Positions 7,580-15,532 of a stretch of 24,000 nucleotides of DNA are shown here, one piece after another. This stretch comes from Aeromonas phage Aes012: the sequence record JN377895.1; one strand, 5' to 3'. How positions within the stretch are numbered: position 1 is the stretch's first letter; each line of letters opens with the position of its first letter. Below the pieces are notes generated by a model. That model did not search any database, was not told the DNA's origin, and saw only the letters and a program-made list of their open reading frames with translations. The translations under genes and the position numbers were made by a program.

Positions 7580-7831
7580 TTAAATTTCGTACTCAGAGAT
7601 AAATTCAACAAAATCTTTTTCTACGCGAACGTTGGTCTGTTCGAGTTCGCAAATGATAGCATCGCCATCTTGCTTGACGTGATACTCGTAACCGACAGCC
7701 TGAGGATCCATAACAGCATACATATCATCAGCACACGAGAAAACTTGACAGCCTCTAGAAGCAATCGAATAGGCACAAATGTTGGCTTCAATTGCAAATG
7801 CTACACCGAATTTGTTAATTGTGTAAATCAT
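7580..7831 (-). CDS. small hypothetical protein
   Basis: 83 aa; SD AAGGAGTACTTTTT upstream; flanked by promoter-like sites on both sides. Confidence 0.6.
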   Translation of the reverse strand: MIYTINKFGVAFAIEANICAYSIASRGCQVFSCADDMYAVMDPQAVGYEYHVKQDGDAIICELEQTNVRVEKDFVEFISEYEI

Positions 7832-7863
7832 AAAAAGTACTCCTTGTTGTTTAACCTGAAGCT

Positions 7864-7892
7864 ATTTTATCATGAAGCACTATCTTGTACAC
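7864..7892 (-). promoter_or_regulatory. early-type sigma70 promoter (GTGTACA-N16-TAAAAT)
   Basis: Minus strand GTGTACAAGATAGTGCTTCATGATAAAAT. Confidence 0.5.
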
Positions 7893-7900
7893 TAGTTTTG

Positions 7901-7930
7901 AAAACAAAAAAGGGGCTCCGAAGAGCCCCT
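7901..7930 (-). terminator. Rho-independent terminator
   Basis: Minus strand AGGGGCTC TTCG GAGCCCCT TTTTTGTTTTC. Confidence 0.85.
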
Positions 7931-8088
7931 ATATAAATCAGATGAAACGATAAACTGGATTCGTGCAAGCACGACGGGCGAAGCCCGGTTCTTTTTATTC
8001 CAGTTAATCACTCAGTTGTTTTATCAATTCAACTGACTTTTTATTTATGCTGTTTCCCAGGTGACTCTCCGTGTGGGACCACCCGGTG

Positions 8089-8598
8089 TCACAGGATGAA
8101 GTCTGCCTCTTCCAAATATGATTCATTGAGACCGCCTCTGATATGAACCAGGTGCCTAAGCAGGACCTCATTGTGATCATGCATGCACTTGGCGTCATCC
8201 AAGACCACCCATCTATGGATATTATGATCGGCTACATGACGAAGAACACCCGTGCCACGAGATTTTCCGCCGCCAGTATCGTATGCTTCGGAATGATACG
8301 GAAGTTCGAGAAAATCACATATCATTTTTCCAGTATCACGCAAAACGACCCACGAGCTAATTATAACCACTTTAGCATCATGTTTCTTTAGCCATTCCCT
8401 TAGCAAACTGAGTCTATGGTTGCTGACAAAATCGCCACGATTGTATGGTGAAACACGATACAGATGACTATTCCGGTCAGTTCTCCATTCCATGTGATCA
8501 TCCTGTGTATTGAGAACACCATCAATATCCAGATAAACAACTACTTCTTCATTTACTTGTTGATCCATTTTGGGCCTCGTTTGGTTCGTTGAATCCAT
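8089..8598 (-). CDS. HAD-superfamily protein (HAD domain resembling that of Swiss-Army-Knife RNA repair proteins)
   Basis: Motif I VVVYLDIDGVLNT; AKVVIISSWV; RWVVLDDAKCMHD (acidic motif). Confidence 0.75.
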   Translation of the reverse strand: MDSTNQTRPKMDQQVNEEVVVYLDIDGVLNTQDDHMEWRTDRNSHLYRVSPYNRGDFVSNHRLSLLREWLKKHDAKVVIISSWVVLRDTGKMICDFLELPYHSEAYDTGGGKSRGTGVLRHVADHNIHRWVVLDDAKCMHDHNEVLLRHLVHIRGGLNESYLEEADFIL

Positions 8599-8942
8599 CG
8601 GAAATCAGTGTTGGTGACACGGTTCAAAACATGATGAGTCGCCGATTTTGATAGCCAAAACTGGAACTTCAGTTTTCGAGTGTCTCGACTTCTGATAAAA
8701 AGCTCATCCGCCCCAGACAAGCAGCCGTAAATCAATCTGTCATGATCATGAACGGCAACTTCGCGACCCTTGAGGAAGCAGTGTCGTGCGACTCGCAAAA
8801 TAGCACAAAAATCTTCAGTTGAAATGAATTTTGCAAAGTGCGGGTTATTGCTAGCAAACGTGAATCCACGTGTGCCGTATTTGCAACCATTTGCTGGAAC
8901 CAAGCCGAAGTGATATGCTAGCCAAGCGTAATTTTCTTTCAT
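8553..8942 (-). CDS. hypothetical protein
   Basis: MKENYAWLAYHFGLVPANGCKYG...; ATG at 8942 forms an ATGA overlap with the upstream stop. Confidence 0.6.
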   Translation of the reverse strand: MKENYAWLAYHFGLVPANGCKYGTRGFTFASNNPHFAKFISTEDFCAILRVARHCFLKGREVAVHDHDRLIYGCLSGADELFIRSRDTRKLKFQFWLSKSATHHVLNRVTNTDFRWIQRTKRGPKWINK

Positions 8943-9187
8943 TCTCGAATCTCCACTAGTACACCATCCCTGAAAGGATTGGGTTTTGCTACCCAAGTTT
9001 TGGCCGTCGGATGTTTTTGCCCAAGCATTTCACCAATAGATTTAATCAACGCTTCATATCGCGCATTATAATCTTTTCGCTTGACAAACCGCAGAAACAT
9101 CGTTGAATTCAACCGATTTCGGATTTCCATTGCTGTTTGGATCGTTGTACCCCAGAAGCTATCTGCGTCGTAATGTTCGTAAATCAT
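8939..9187 (-). CDS. hypothetical protein
   Basis: 82-aa ORF; ATGA overlap with the preceding ORF. Confidence 0.6.
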   Translation of the reverse strand: MIYEHYDADSFWGTTIQTAMEIRNRLNSTMFLRFVKRKDYNARYEALIKSIGEMLGQKHPTAKTWVAKPNPFRDGVLVEIRE

Positions 9188-9441
9188 TCTGATACCTCAT
9201 TTTTAGCCCATTCAATGATTACATTGTAATCACCACTAACAAACGCCTGAGGAACATCTATTGCAATTTGGAATTCTTCCATTGGAGAATTAACACCACC
9301 TTCGACACACAAAACTCCATTAACCCTGTTAAATTCCCATGCCCCGTTAATAACATAAGCACTTTGAATTTTGTCATCTCGCCAGGTGATGTGCGATAAA
9401 AGAAGGGGTTTTTTCAACCCCTCTCCGAAAACAACTATCAT
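9184..9441 (-). CDS. hypothetical protein
   Basis: 85-aa ORF; ATGA overlap with the dexA stop. Confidence 0.6.
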   Translation of the reverse strand: MIVVFGEGLKKPLLLSHITWRDDKIQSAYVINGAWEFNRVNGVLCVEGGVNSPMEEFQIAIDVPQAFVSGDYNVIIEWAKNEVSE

Positions 9442-10103
9442 TTACGGACGCTCCGTGGGTCAACATCATCACCAGTGGGAATATCGTCGAGACCGAGAGC
9501 ATATCGCTTGGAATAAAGCAATTCTAGCGCAGCCTTGGCACAATCGTGAATTGCGTTATGAGCAACAAATCCGTCCAAAGCACCCTTCGGCATAGGGCAC
9601 ATGGTCATATCTCGCATCAGCAGAGTAGCTTCTACAGCAGTACGAACATCGCGTTGCTGCCAGAAGAAACATGGCTCGTATTTGAATGTTTCACGAGTGT
9701 TGTAAATTTTGCGGATAACATCGACCATAATAGGAAAATCGAAGCTTTGACCGCGACACCAGCCCTGACCTGTTTTCTTGTCAAACCCTTGTGCCGCAAG
9801 AAAATCAAGGAAGCTTTCATAAAATTCCATGACGCTGACATCTTCGTTCGACGGTTTAAGATGCTTTTGAGCTTCGGCGTCTTGTTTTTTCCACCAATCG
9901 ATAGTGCCTTGGTCAAAGAATCTCATGCCTTTTTGTTCTTGCAGATTGAATTTGAATCGACGCCCGCGTTTGCACAGGTCTTCAAATGTAGGCAGTTTGT
10001 ATGGGTCATGCTCAAACACTAAAACAGCAAGGTCAACTACTGCACCATCAGGAGCATTGCCCATAGTTTCCCAGTCAATAATAAAATCTGTCACTTTGCT
10101 CAT
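9438..10103 (-). CDS. dexA: DexA-like 3'-5' exonuclease (exonuclease A)
   Basis: 221 aa; DEDD-type motifs FIIDWETMGNAPDGAVVDLAV, RGQSFDFPIM, HNAIHDCAKAALELL; adjacent to dda as in T4. Confidence 0.9.
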   Translation of the reverse strand: MSKVTDFIIDWETMGNAPDGAVVDLAVLVFEHDPYKLPTFEDLCKRGRRFKFNLQEQKGMRFFDQGTIDWWKKQDAEAQKHLKPSNEDVSVMEFYESFLDFLAAQGFDKKTGQGWCRGQSFDFPIMVDVIRKIYNTRETFKYEPCFFWQQRDVRTAVEATLLMRDMTMCPMPKGALDGFVAHNAIHDCAKAALELLYSKRYALGLDDIPTGDDVDPRSVRK

Positions 10104-10318
10104 ACTAATCTACTCTCCACTTGGTTTGGTTTAATGTACAATACCATATCAAAAGCATCGCTCAATATGCGATAACCTCCGAATTTGTATTGTAATACGG
10201 TTCCACTATAGCGATACCCGTTTTTGATAAAATAGACCAGTTGACCTGGTCTATAAATCGCTTTTTCGGGATACTTATACGAAACAGACATTTTTGCGGG
10301 CACGAGTATTTCCGACAT
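10100..10318 (-). CDS. hypothetical protein between dda and dexA
   Basis: 72-aa ORF; ATGA overlap with dexA; start overlaps the 3' end of dda. Confidence 0.6.
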   Translation of the reverse strand: MSEILVPAKMSVSYKYPEKAIYRPGQLVYFIKNGYRYSGTVLQYKFGGYRILSDAFDMVLYIKPNQVESRLV

Positions 10319-11591
10319 AAATCAATTCCTGTGCAACATCCGGGTCTCTGCAATATTGATGCAAACACGGAGTAAAAAGATATGCATTATCGAATGTTGA
10401 ACCCTGTGATTTATGAAATGTCATTGCACCCAAGGGTCGAACTTTAACGAAAGTATTACGTATTGCCCAGAAGTCTTTCCAGTTGGGGAAAACTTCACGA
10501 CTTCTATATTTTTCAGCAATAATAGACAAAAATTCGTTTATTGCATATTGAGTATTTTGGTCATGAACAACCGTAAACCACGCCCGTCTATAGTCATCTT
10601 CATCTTCTTCATAAGATTCACACTCGAGCATTGTGCATTCGACTTCAATTTCGCCGACACCTTTTGCTTTAAGCGTTTTGCGAGAAGGTTTGACGTTTAT
10701 AACCCGTACGTTTTGTCCATTGTTGAAAATGACTTCTTTTAGAGTTTGGCCACCAATGTCTATGTCAAACATGAGTGGTTCTTGCATGACCAGTATTTCA
10801 TCTGGCAAGAATGGCGCAGCGTTTGCTCCATACAGCTGTTTGCGAATAACGGAATTTAGCTTATCAACAGAATTGTTTGTGTAAGCCATTATGCGATTTT
10901 CAAGTAGGTCATTGGGCGTTTTTGTTCTTTCGAAATATTTTGAAAGAAAATCTTTGACCGTATGAAATTGCTTTACTCCATTGCCAGAATCATCGAGCTT
11001 TTCATAAATCCATTTGCCGTTTCGGATATCTGTTGCAACTTCAATGATTGGGCCTTGGTGACGCTTTACTTCGGTCAATTCAACTTGTTCAAATCGATTG
11101 TCCGTGAAGAATGGGCTGAGTTCATGCGTATCATCTTCTGATACTCCCCGAATTTGCGCCTTATCTCCAATGCCGATAACAACACAATGAGATGGAACAT
11201 TTCGCATCAGAATGTCAAACAATTTGCGGGTATAAAACGATACTTCGTCGCAGATAAGCACGCGTGTTTTGGAGAAGTCAGGAGTACCTTTCTGCTCAAA
11301 AATTTGATTTTCTTCAAGAGTGCTTGGGTTAATCTTCAAGACAGACTGAATTGTATATGACTTACGCAAGGCATGCTTGGACAATTCTTTCTTTGCTTGG
11401 TGTGTAGGTGCTGTGAGAACAATACCTTGCTGGCCGGTCTGGAAAAGACGCTCAAGCAAAAAACGGGTCATAGTAGTTTTACCAGAGCCTGCAGGCCCTC
11501 GAATGGTAATATGGCGTTTAGTTCTCATTGCTTGGAGTGCTTTTTCAATAGCATCTTTTTGGCCAACGGTCAAATCATCGTATGTTACCAT
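10275..11591 (-). CDS. dda: Dda-like SF1B DNA helicase
   Basis: 438 aa (T4 Dda is 439); Walker A IRGPAGSGKTTMTR, Walker B VLICDEVSF, AMTFHKSQGSTFDNAYLF. Confidence 0.95.
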   Translation of the reverse strand: MVTYDDLTVGQKDAIEKALQAMRTKRHITIRGPAGSGKTTMTRFLLERLFQTGQQGIVLTAPTHQAKKELSKHALRKSYTIQSVLKINPSTLEENQIFEQKGTPDFSKTRVLICDEVSFYTRKLFDILMRNVPSHCVVIGIGDKAQIRGVSEDDTHELSPFFTDNRFEQVELTEVKRHQGPIIEVATDIRNGKWIYEKLDDSGNGVKQFHTVKDFLSKYFERTKTPNDLLENRIMAYTNNSVDKLNSVIRKQLYGANAAPFLPDEILVMQEPLMFDIDIGGQTLKEVIFNNGQNVRVINVKPSRKTLKAKGVGEIEVECTMLECESYEEDEDDYRRAWFTVVHDQNTQYAINEFLSIIAEKYRSREVFPNWKDFWAIRNTFVKVRPLGAMTFHKSQGSTFDNAYLFTPCLHQYCRDPDVAQELIYVGNTRARKNVCFV

Positions 11592-11593
11592 TT

Positions 11594-11905
11594 TTACCTC
11601 ATTTGTTTTGGCATCACATTAATATCAACGACATGCATTGTATCACACATTCGTTTATGCGTATTGACCAAATATTCCGACGGCTTGTTGATCGTGACTA
11701 TTGTTGGAGGCCCAAATAGTCGTTTTTTGACGACTTTTGTTCCTTTCAAATACTCTGCTATGGCTTCTTTCGCTTTCTGCATATTAGCTTTGGCATCTTC
11801 CCACGAATTATGGAATATAACGCCACCAGATGAGCCATACAAATTGCCATCCAGAAAATGACAGAATCCTTCGACGTCTTTCCATTGGATTACATATTTT
11901 TTCAT
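11594..11905 (-). CDS. hypothetical protein
   Basis: 103-aa ORF in the packed operon. Confidence 0.6.
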   Translation of the reverse strand: MKKYVIQWKDVEGFCHFLDGNLYGSSGGVIFHNSWEDAKANMQKAKEAIAEYLKGTKVVKKRLFGPPTIVTINKPSEYLVNTHKRMCDTMHVVDINVMPKQMR

Positions 11906-11908
11906 GAA

Positions 11909-12100
11909 TCACCCGTGGCAGAAAATATATCCATTTCCATTGGGATTACTGACAACTTTTATATCAGGAATGAATGTCATATCAAACTTTTCCTCTTTAA
12001 AAGTGTAATTAACACGGATTAGAACGCCGTTGGGTGTATTCATAGCAAATGTTACACCATGACTGGCCCTGTTAGTTTCAATCCATTTGACTTCATACAT
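11909..12100 (-). CDS. hypothetical protein
   Basis: MYEVKWIETNRASHGVTFAMNTPNG...; ATG at 12100 preceded by ATGAGGATTTTTATT. Confidence 0.5.
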   Translation of the reverse strand: MYEVKWIETNRASHGVTFAMNTPNGVLIRVNYTFKEEKFDMTFIPDIKVVSNPNGNGYIFCHG

Positions 12101-12224
12101 AATAAAAATCCTCATATTTGATTGTTTGAAATGGAATATATGGGGCGTAAATATCCGCCCTCCCTTCTTCAACATCTAGTTTGCGCAAGCGATTGATTTC
12201 GTCAATTTCGTCTTGTTCAAGCAT
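12093..12224 (-). CDS. 43-aa hypothetical protein (MLEQDEIDEINRLRKLDVEEGRADIYAPYIPFQTIKYEDFYYV)
   Basis: TAATG overlap with the gene 56 stop; fills the gap before the next gene; below the ORF-track length cutoff. Confidence 0.45.
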   Translation of the reverse strand: MLEQDEIDEINRLRKLDVEEGRADIYAPYIPFQTIKYEDFYYV

Positions 12225-12739
12225 TAATATCCATTTTCTTGTCTTTCAAAATTGTGTAAATTTTTCAGATAGTACAGTTTGAAAATCTCATCGCCATCCA
12301 TGCCCATCGCGATGAACTTGTTCAGAACAAAGTGCATTTGGTCAATAAGCTCAAACTTTGCTTCGAGTTGGTCTTCAGGCGACAATTCAGAAAATAGCCG
12401 ATTACGATATTCATCGTGTTCGGCACGCCATGGTTTCCAGATCGCATTCGGTTTGGGATTACTCATTCCACCCAAAGCGGTATAATGCTCGCGAATCTCA
12501 TCTGCAATATAATCATCCTGCGCTTGGCACCAGTCAAGAATTTCGCCACAAGTCTTAAGCTCTCGTGGGTCGCGATTGTATTTTGGATGCCGTTGTGCGA
12601 GCTCAATTTGAAGTTGGCGCTGCATATCAATCATTCGATTGAGAGGATTATCGTGGGCACTAAGGCAATCATTCAGCGCATTTGCTGCCTTGTCCATATC
12701 GTTGGCCAACTGAGCGCATTCATTAAATTGGGGTGTCAT
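12224..12739 (-). CDS. 56: dCTP/dUTP pyrophosphatase (gp56-like, all-alpha NTP pyrophosphatase)
   Basis: 171 aa as in T4 gp56; FNECAQLANDMDKAANAL, LNRMIDMQRQLQIELAQR, LEAKFELIDQMHFVLN, EIFKLYYLKNLHNFERQENGY. Confidence 0.92.
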   Translation of the reverse strand: MTPQFNECAQLANDMDKAANALNDCLSAHDNPLNRMIDMQRQLQIELAQRHPKYNRDPRELKTCGEILDWCQAQDDYIADEIREHYTALGGMSNPKPNAIWKPWRAEHDEYRNRLFSELSPEDQLEAKFELIDQMHFVLNKFIAMGMDGDEIFKLYYLKNLHNFERQENGY

Positions 12740-12765
12740 TTTGTTCTCCTATGTTAGTTGTAGTA

Positions 12766-12774
12766 ATTATATCA
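12766..12774 (-). promoter_or_regulatory. extended -10 promoter element (TGATATAAT) upstream of gene 56
   Basis: TGnTATAAT match in the intergenic gap. Confidence 0.45.
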
Positions 12775-12796
12775 CTTTTCGACACAGACAGCAGTA

Positions 12797-13483
12797 TTAC
12801 CATGTCGTTCCTATTGCCATAGCTTCGCATACTTGACGACTTTTCTGAATATTCATTTTCAAATTATCGATGGTCATATTGATAAAACCAGTTTCGATTT
12901 TATACTCTACAGATTTGAATTCATTAATTAGACCAGCTGAACGAGCTTGAGCTACCCATCTGCCCATCACATCGTTGCGAACTATCCTGTACGCGCAGTC
13001 GCGCATCCAAATCGGAGCATTTTTGTCACGGTAATCTGTGTAGCTCGTTTTTCCACGAAAGTTGAGTTCATCCCCTTGTTTTGCTTGCCGAATGAGATCT
13101 GCCACCGTGTCTTTTTCGACAGGCCGATTACTTGTAGCTTTAGCGGAATCGGTTCGGACAATTTCAGAATGTGGTTTTTTCTGAACACCTTCCAATTCAG
13201 CAATAATCTGCAACTCGATGATACGGTCAGTCATATTGTCTTTTAGTTCGGACAATGACGTTGAAGCATTCCGTGTTTTGATATACGCGCGCTGGTCAAC
13301 TTTAACCCCGGGGATATGCGATACCGCCTTAAATGCTTCTGCCATTTGATCATCCAGCAAAGAAATTTCTGGAACAGCGCAAATAGCTTTCTCGATAGCA
13401 TTCAGATTTTTTACTTGGCAATCGAAGCTAGCAGCAGAAGCTGTAGAAGCAGCAAATAATAGGGCAATAGCCATAGCTTTCAT
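12797..13483 (-). CDS. secreted/periplasmic protein with LprI/DUF1311-like N-terminal domain
   Basis: Signal peptide MKAMAIALLFAASTASAASFDC; then FDCQVKNLNAIEKAICAVPEISLLDDQMAEAFK, resembling the LprI-like pattern. Confidence 0.7.
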   Translation of the reverse strand: MKAMAIALLFAASTASAASFDCQVKNLNAIEKAICAVPEISLLDDQMAEAFKAVSHIPGVKVDQRAYIKTRNASTSLSELKDNMTDRIIELQIIAELEGVQKKPHSEIVRTDSAKATSNRPVEKDTVADLIRQAKQGDELNFRGKTSYTDYRDKNAPIWMRDCAYRIVRNDVMGRWVAQARSAGLINEFKSVEYKIETGFINMTIDNLKMNIQKSRQVCEAMAIGTTW

Positions 13484-13674
13484 GTTTTGTTCTCCGTATT
13501 TTGTATATCGCGGACAGCCTCCAACGCGCCTCGATCGAATTCATTAAAGTCAAAAGCGTTGTCAGCTTTTTCTTCGATTTCATTTAGAGGCGTACCCTTC
13601 TTGAATTCAGAATACACCCAGTTCCAACTTCTCACATACAGGTCACTAGAGAGGCGTTTCATCATATTCCCCAA
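13480..13674 (-). CDS. hypothetical protein
   Basis: 64-aa ORF; ATGA overlap with the downstream secreted protein. Confidence 0.5.
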   Translation of the reverse strand: MGNMMKRLSSDLYVRSWNWVYSEFKKGTPLNEIEEKADNAFDFNEFDRGALEAVRDIQNTENKT

Positions 13675-13979
13675 TTGTTGAGATCAATTTTTCCTGCCTT
13701 TTTTATACGCTCAATCAGTTTGTCTGCACAAGCACGACCATTCATGTAATACGAATCGTCTTCGTCATGAACTATCTTACCAACAATACGTGTTTTGAGG
13801 ACATATTGCGATTGAGTGAAGAAATTGAATGCGACTATTTCCCAAACAAAATCGTCAGATGGGCCTTCGGGAGTTTGAACAGCGATGATATCACCTTTAC
13901 GTTTAGTGATGCACCACTTCTTTTCTTCTACCGCACCGCCGAAATCGCTCGAGCGAATAGTCGCGTTGATGTTGATCAT
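13662..13979 (-). CDS. hypothetical protein
   Basis: 105-aa ORF downstream of a promoter-like site (14012..14040). Confidence 0.6.
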   Translation of the reverse strand: MININATIRSSDFGGAVEEKKWCITKRKGDIIAVQTPEGPSDDFVWEIVAFNFFTQSQYVLKTRIVGKIVHDEDDSYYMNGRACADKLIERIKKAGKIDLNNWGI

Positions 13980-14011
13980 TTAAATTACTCCGTTTCGTTT
14001 AACCTGTGACT

Positions 14012-14040
14012 ATTCTACACCATGTGGCGAGGTTGTAAAC
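14012..14040 (-). promoter_or_regulatory. early-type sigma70 promoter (GTTTACA-N16-TAGAAT)
   Basis: Minus strand GTTTACAACCTCGCCACATGGTGTAGAAT. Confidence 0.6.
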
Positions 14041-14049
14041 ATTTTTGTG

Positions 14050-14084
14050 CAATAAAAACAACTAAAGCCTCCGAAGAGGCTTTA
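14050..14084 (-). terminator. Rho-independent terminator
   Basis: Minus strand AAAGCCTC TTCG GAGGCTTT AGTTGTTTTTATT. Confidence 0.8.
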
Positions 14085-14227
14085 GCAACGCTTCCATTTG
14101 CAATTGTCAAAGTGATAACGGGTCATGTTTCCTCCCGCGCCTATAAGTCCGCAGTGTGGGCACCAATGTATATTTTACCGTTTATCAAATTTGTTGTTTT
14201 GTATATCAAATAGTGCATTTTTTCCAT
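14082..14227 (-). pseudogene. decayed GIY-YIG (Seg-type) homing endonuclease relic
   Basis: 14227..14141 reads MEKMHYLIYKTTNLINGKIYIGAHTADL* (GIY-YIG N-terminal signature). In another frame 14165..14082 reads WCPHCGLIGAGGNMTRYHFDNCKWKRC* (C-terminal CxxC...H...C zinc motif common in phage homing endonucleases). Confidence 0.75.
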
Positions 14228-15213
14228 CTATTAAACCTCATTTTAGCCGAAAGGCCTGAAACGATGTTGTTTTTGAAGTATTCAGTTATTTCTTGCGGAT
14301 TTGTTCCGGCCAAAACAATTTCATTGACGTCCTTTTCGGTCCATTGACAATTATCCCATAGAACAACTCGTTCTCCAGCATCAATTAATTTTTTGATACG
14401 TTTACATGTATCAACTGACCTAGGCTCATTGTCAAGAACCCATACCCGAGTGCTTTTGAATGGCACATCACTTAGTGCAAGACTACCGCCAGTAATAGCT
14501 CCAGAATTCGGAATGAAGAGGGAGTCAATCGGTCCTTCCATAAACCATACAGTTCGGTTCCCATCAATTGTGTCCATTCCGTAAATTTTTGATGCATCTT
14601 CATGAGCCTTTATGGTGATGTATTTGTTTGGACTAGCTGATAGAGCTCTTCCCTGAAAAGACTGGATTTCACCATTTTTGTCAAATATTGGGATAACCAA
14701 TCTATTTTCCGGCGATTCGCGTGTATACGTATCTGGTGAAATAGAATTTACCAATTTTTGCCATTCACGAGTAAACCACAACCTCTTGTATGCTGATTCC
14801 GGTATTTTTCTGTTTGCGACGTATTTTACTATAGGATGGTTCGCTGGTAGCAAATCCAGACGATCACAAAAATTTAACTTTTCAATCACCGGCATCTTTT
14901 TGGTGAAGAGATTTTCTACTGGTTTTGCTTCTGGCTTGAAGACAGTACTTTCTTTCCTTCTTTCTAATAGCCATTCGCGATAAAGTTCTTCTTCTCGTTC
15001 CTTTAAATACCCGCCCAAATTGCTGTGATAACCACAGTTAAAGCAATGAACTTGCCACTCACCCTTCTTCTCGTACATCCAAAAGCGGGCTTTGTTCATG
15101 TCCGTCATGGAATCACCACATATTGGACATCTTGAATTGAACTTTCCCTTCTTTCGTTTGAATTTTGGCAAATGCATCATTGCTCGTTCGGCAAACAAAA
15201 AATCAGCAAACAT
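14206..15213 (-). CDS. 61: DNA primase (gp61)
   Basis: Zinc-binding RCPICGDSMTDMNKARFW...HCFNCGY, Toprim-like VWFMEGPIDSLFI; ATG at 15213 with SD TTGGAG (ORF open to 15255). Confidence 0.9.
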   Translation of the reverse strand: MFADFLFAERAMMHLPKFKRKKGKFNSRCPICGDSMTDMNKARFWMYEKKGEWQVHCFNCGYHSNLGGYLKEREEELYREWLLERRKESTVFKPEAKPVENLFTKKMPVIEKLNFCDRLDLLPANHPIVKYVANRKIPESAYKRLWFTREWQKLVNSISPDTYTRESPENRLVIPIFDKNGEIQSFQGRALSASPNKYITIKAHEDASKIYGMDTIDGNRTVWFMEGPIDSLFIPNSGAITGGSLALSDVPFKSTRVWVLDNEPRSVDTCKRIKKLIDAGERVVLWDNCQWTEKDVNEIVLAGTNPQEITEYFKNNIVSGLSAKMRFNRWKKCTI

Positions 15214-15247
15214 AATAACTCCAAACGGGGCTCTTGGCCCCATTATA

Positions 15248-15532
15248 TTACGCAATAAAACCTTTAGCGCTCAATTGACGACATGCTTCCAACAGAATTT
15301 CACGATGTTGAGCATATTCTAAACGTGAGAATGGCTTTCCTTGTGTAACCAAGTACGAATCAATTTCTGCAGCATTAACAGCCATCTCATACACAACATC
15401 CTTCATCATACTTGGTAAGCAATTCGTGTAGATTGTTTTCAGAATATTGAGATGAGGCTGATTTCTAAGATTCTTTAATGCTACATGACCTAAAGCCTCG
15501 CACGCTTCTTGAGCGGCTTCGAACATGATCAT
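15248..15532 (-). CDS. hypothetical protein
   Basis: 94-aa ORF between genes 41 and 61. Confidence 0.6.
   Translation of the reverse strand: MIMFEAAQEACEALGHVALKNLRNQPHLNILKTIYTNCLPSMMKDVVYEMAVNAAEIDSYLVTQGKPFSRLEYAQHREILLEACRQLSAKGFIA

Noticed and set aside
7966-8010. Possible plus-strand terminator (CGGGCGAAGCCCGGTTCTTTTTATT)
   Set aside because: No plus-strand gene reads into it and the nearby minus-strand terminator at 7901..7930 is stronger. It may be incidental or act as a bidirectional structure, but this cannot be supported further.
8004-8198. ORF MTPSACMITMRSCLGTWFISEAVSMNHIW...NSINKKSVELIKQLSD
   Set aside because: The first half is out of frame over the HAD gene. The tail looks protein-like but has no start of its own; not strong enough to call.
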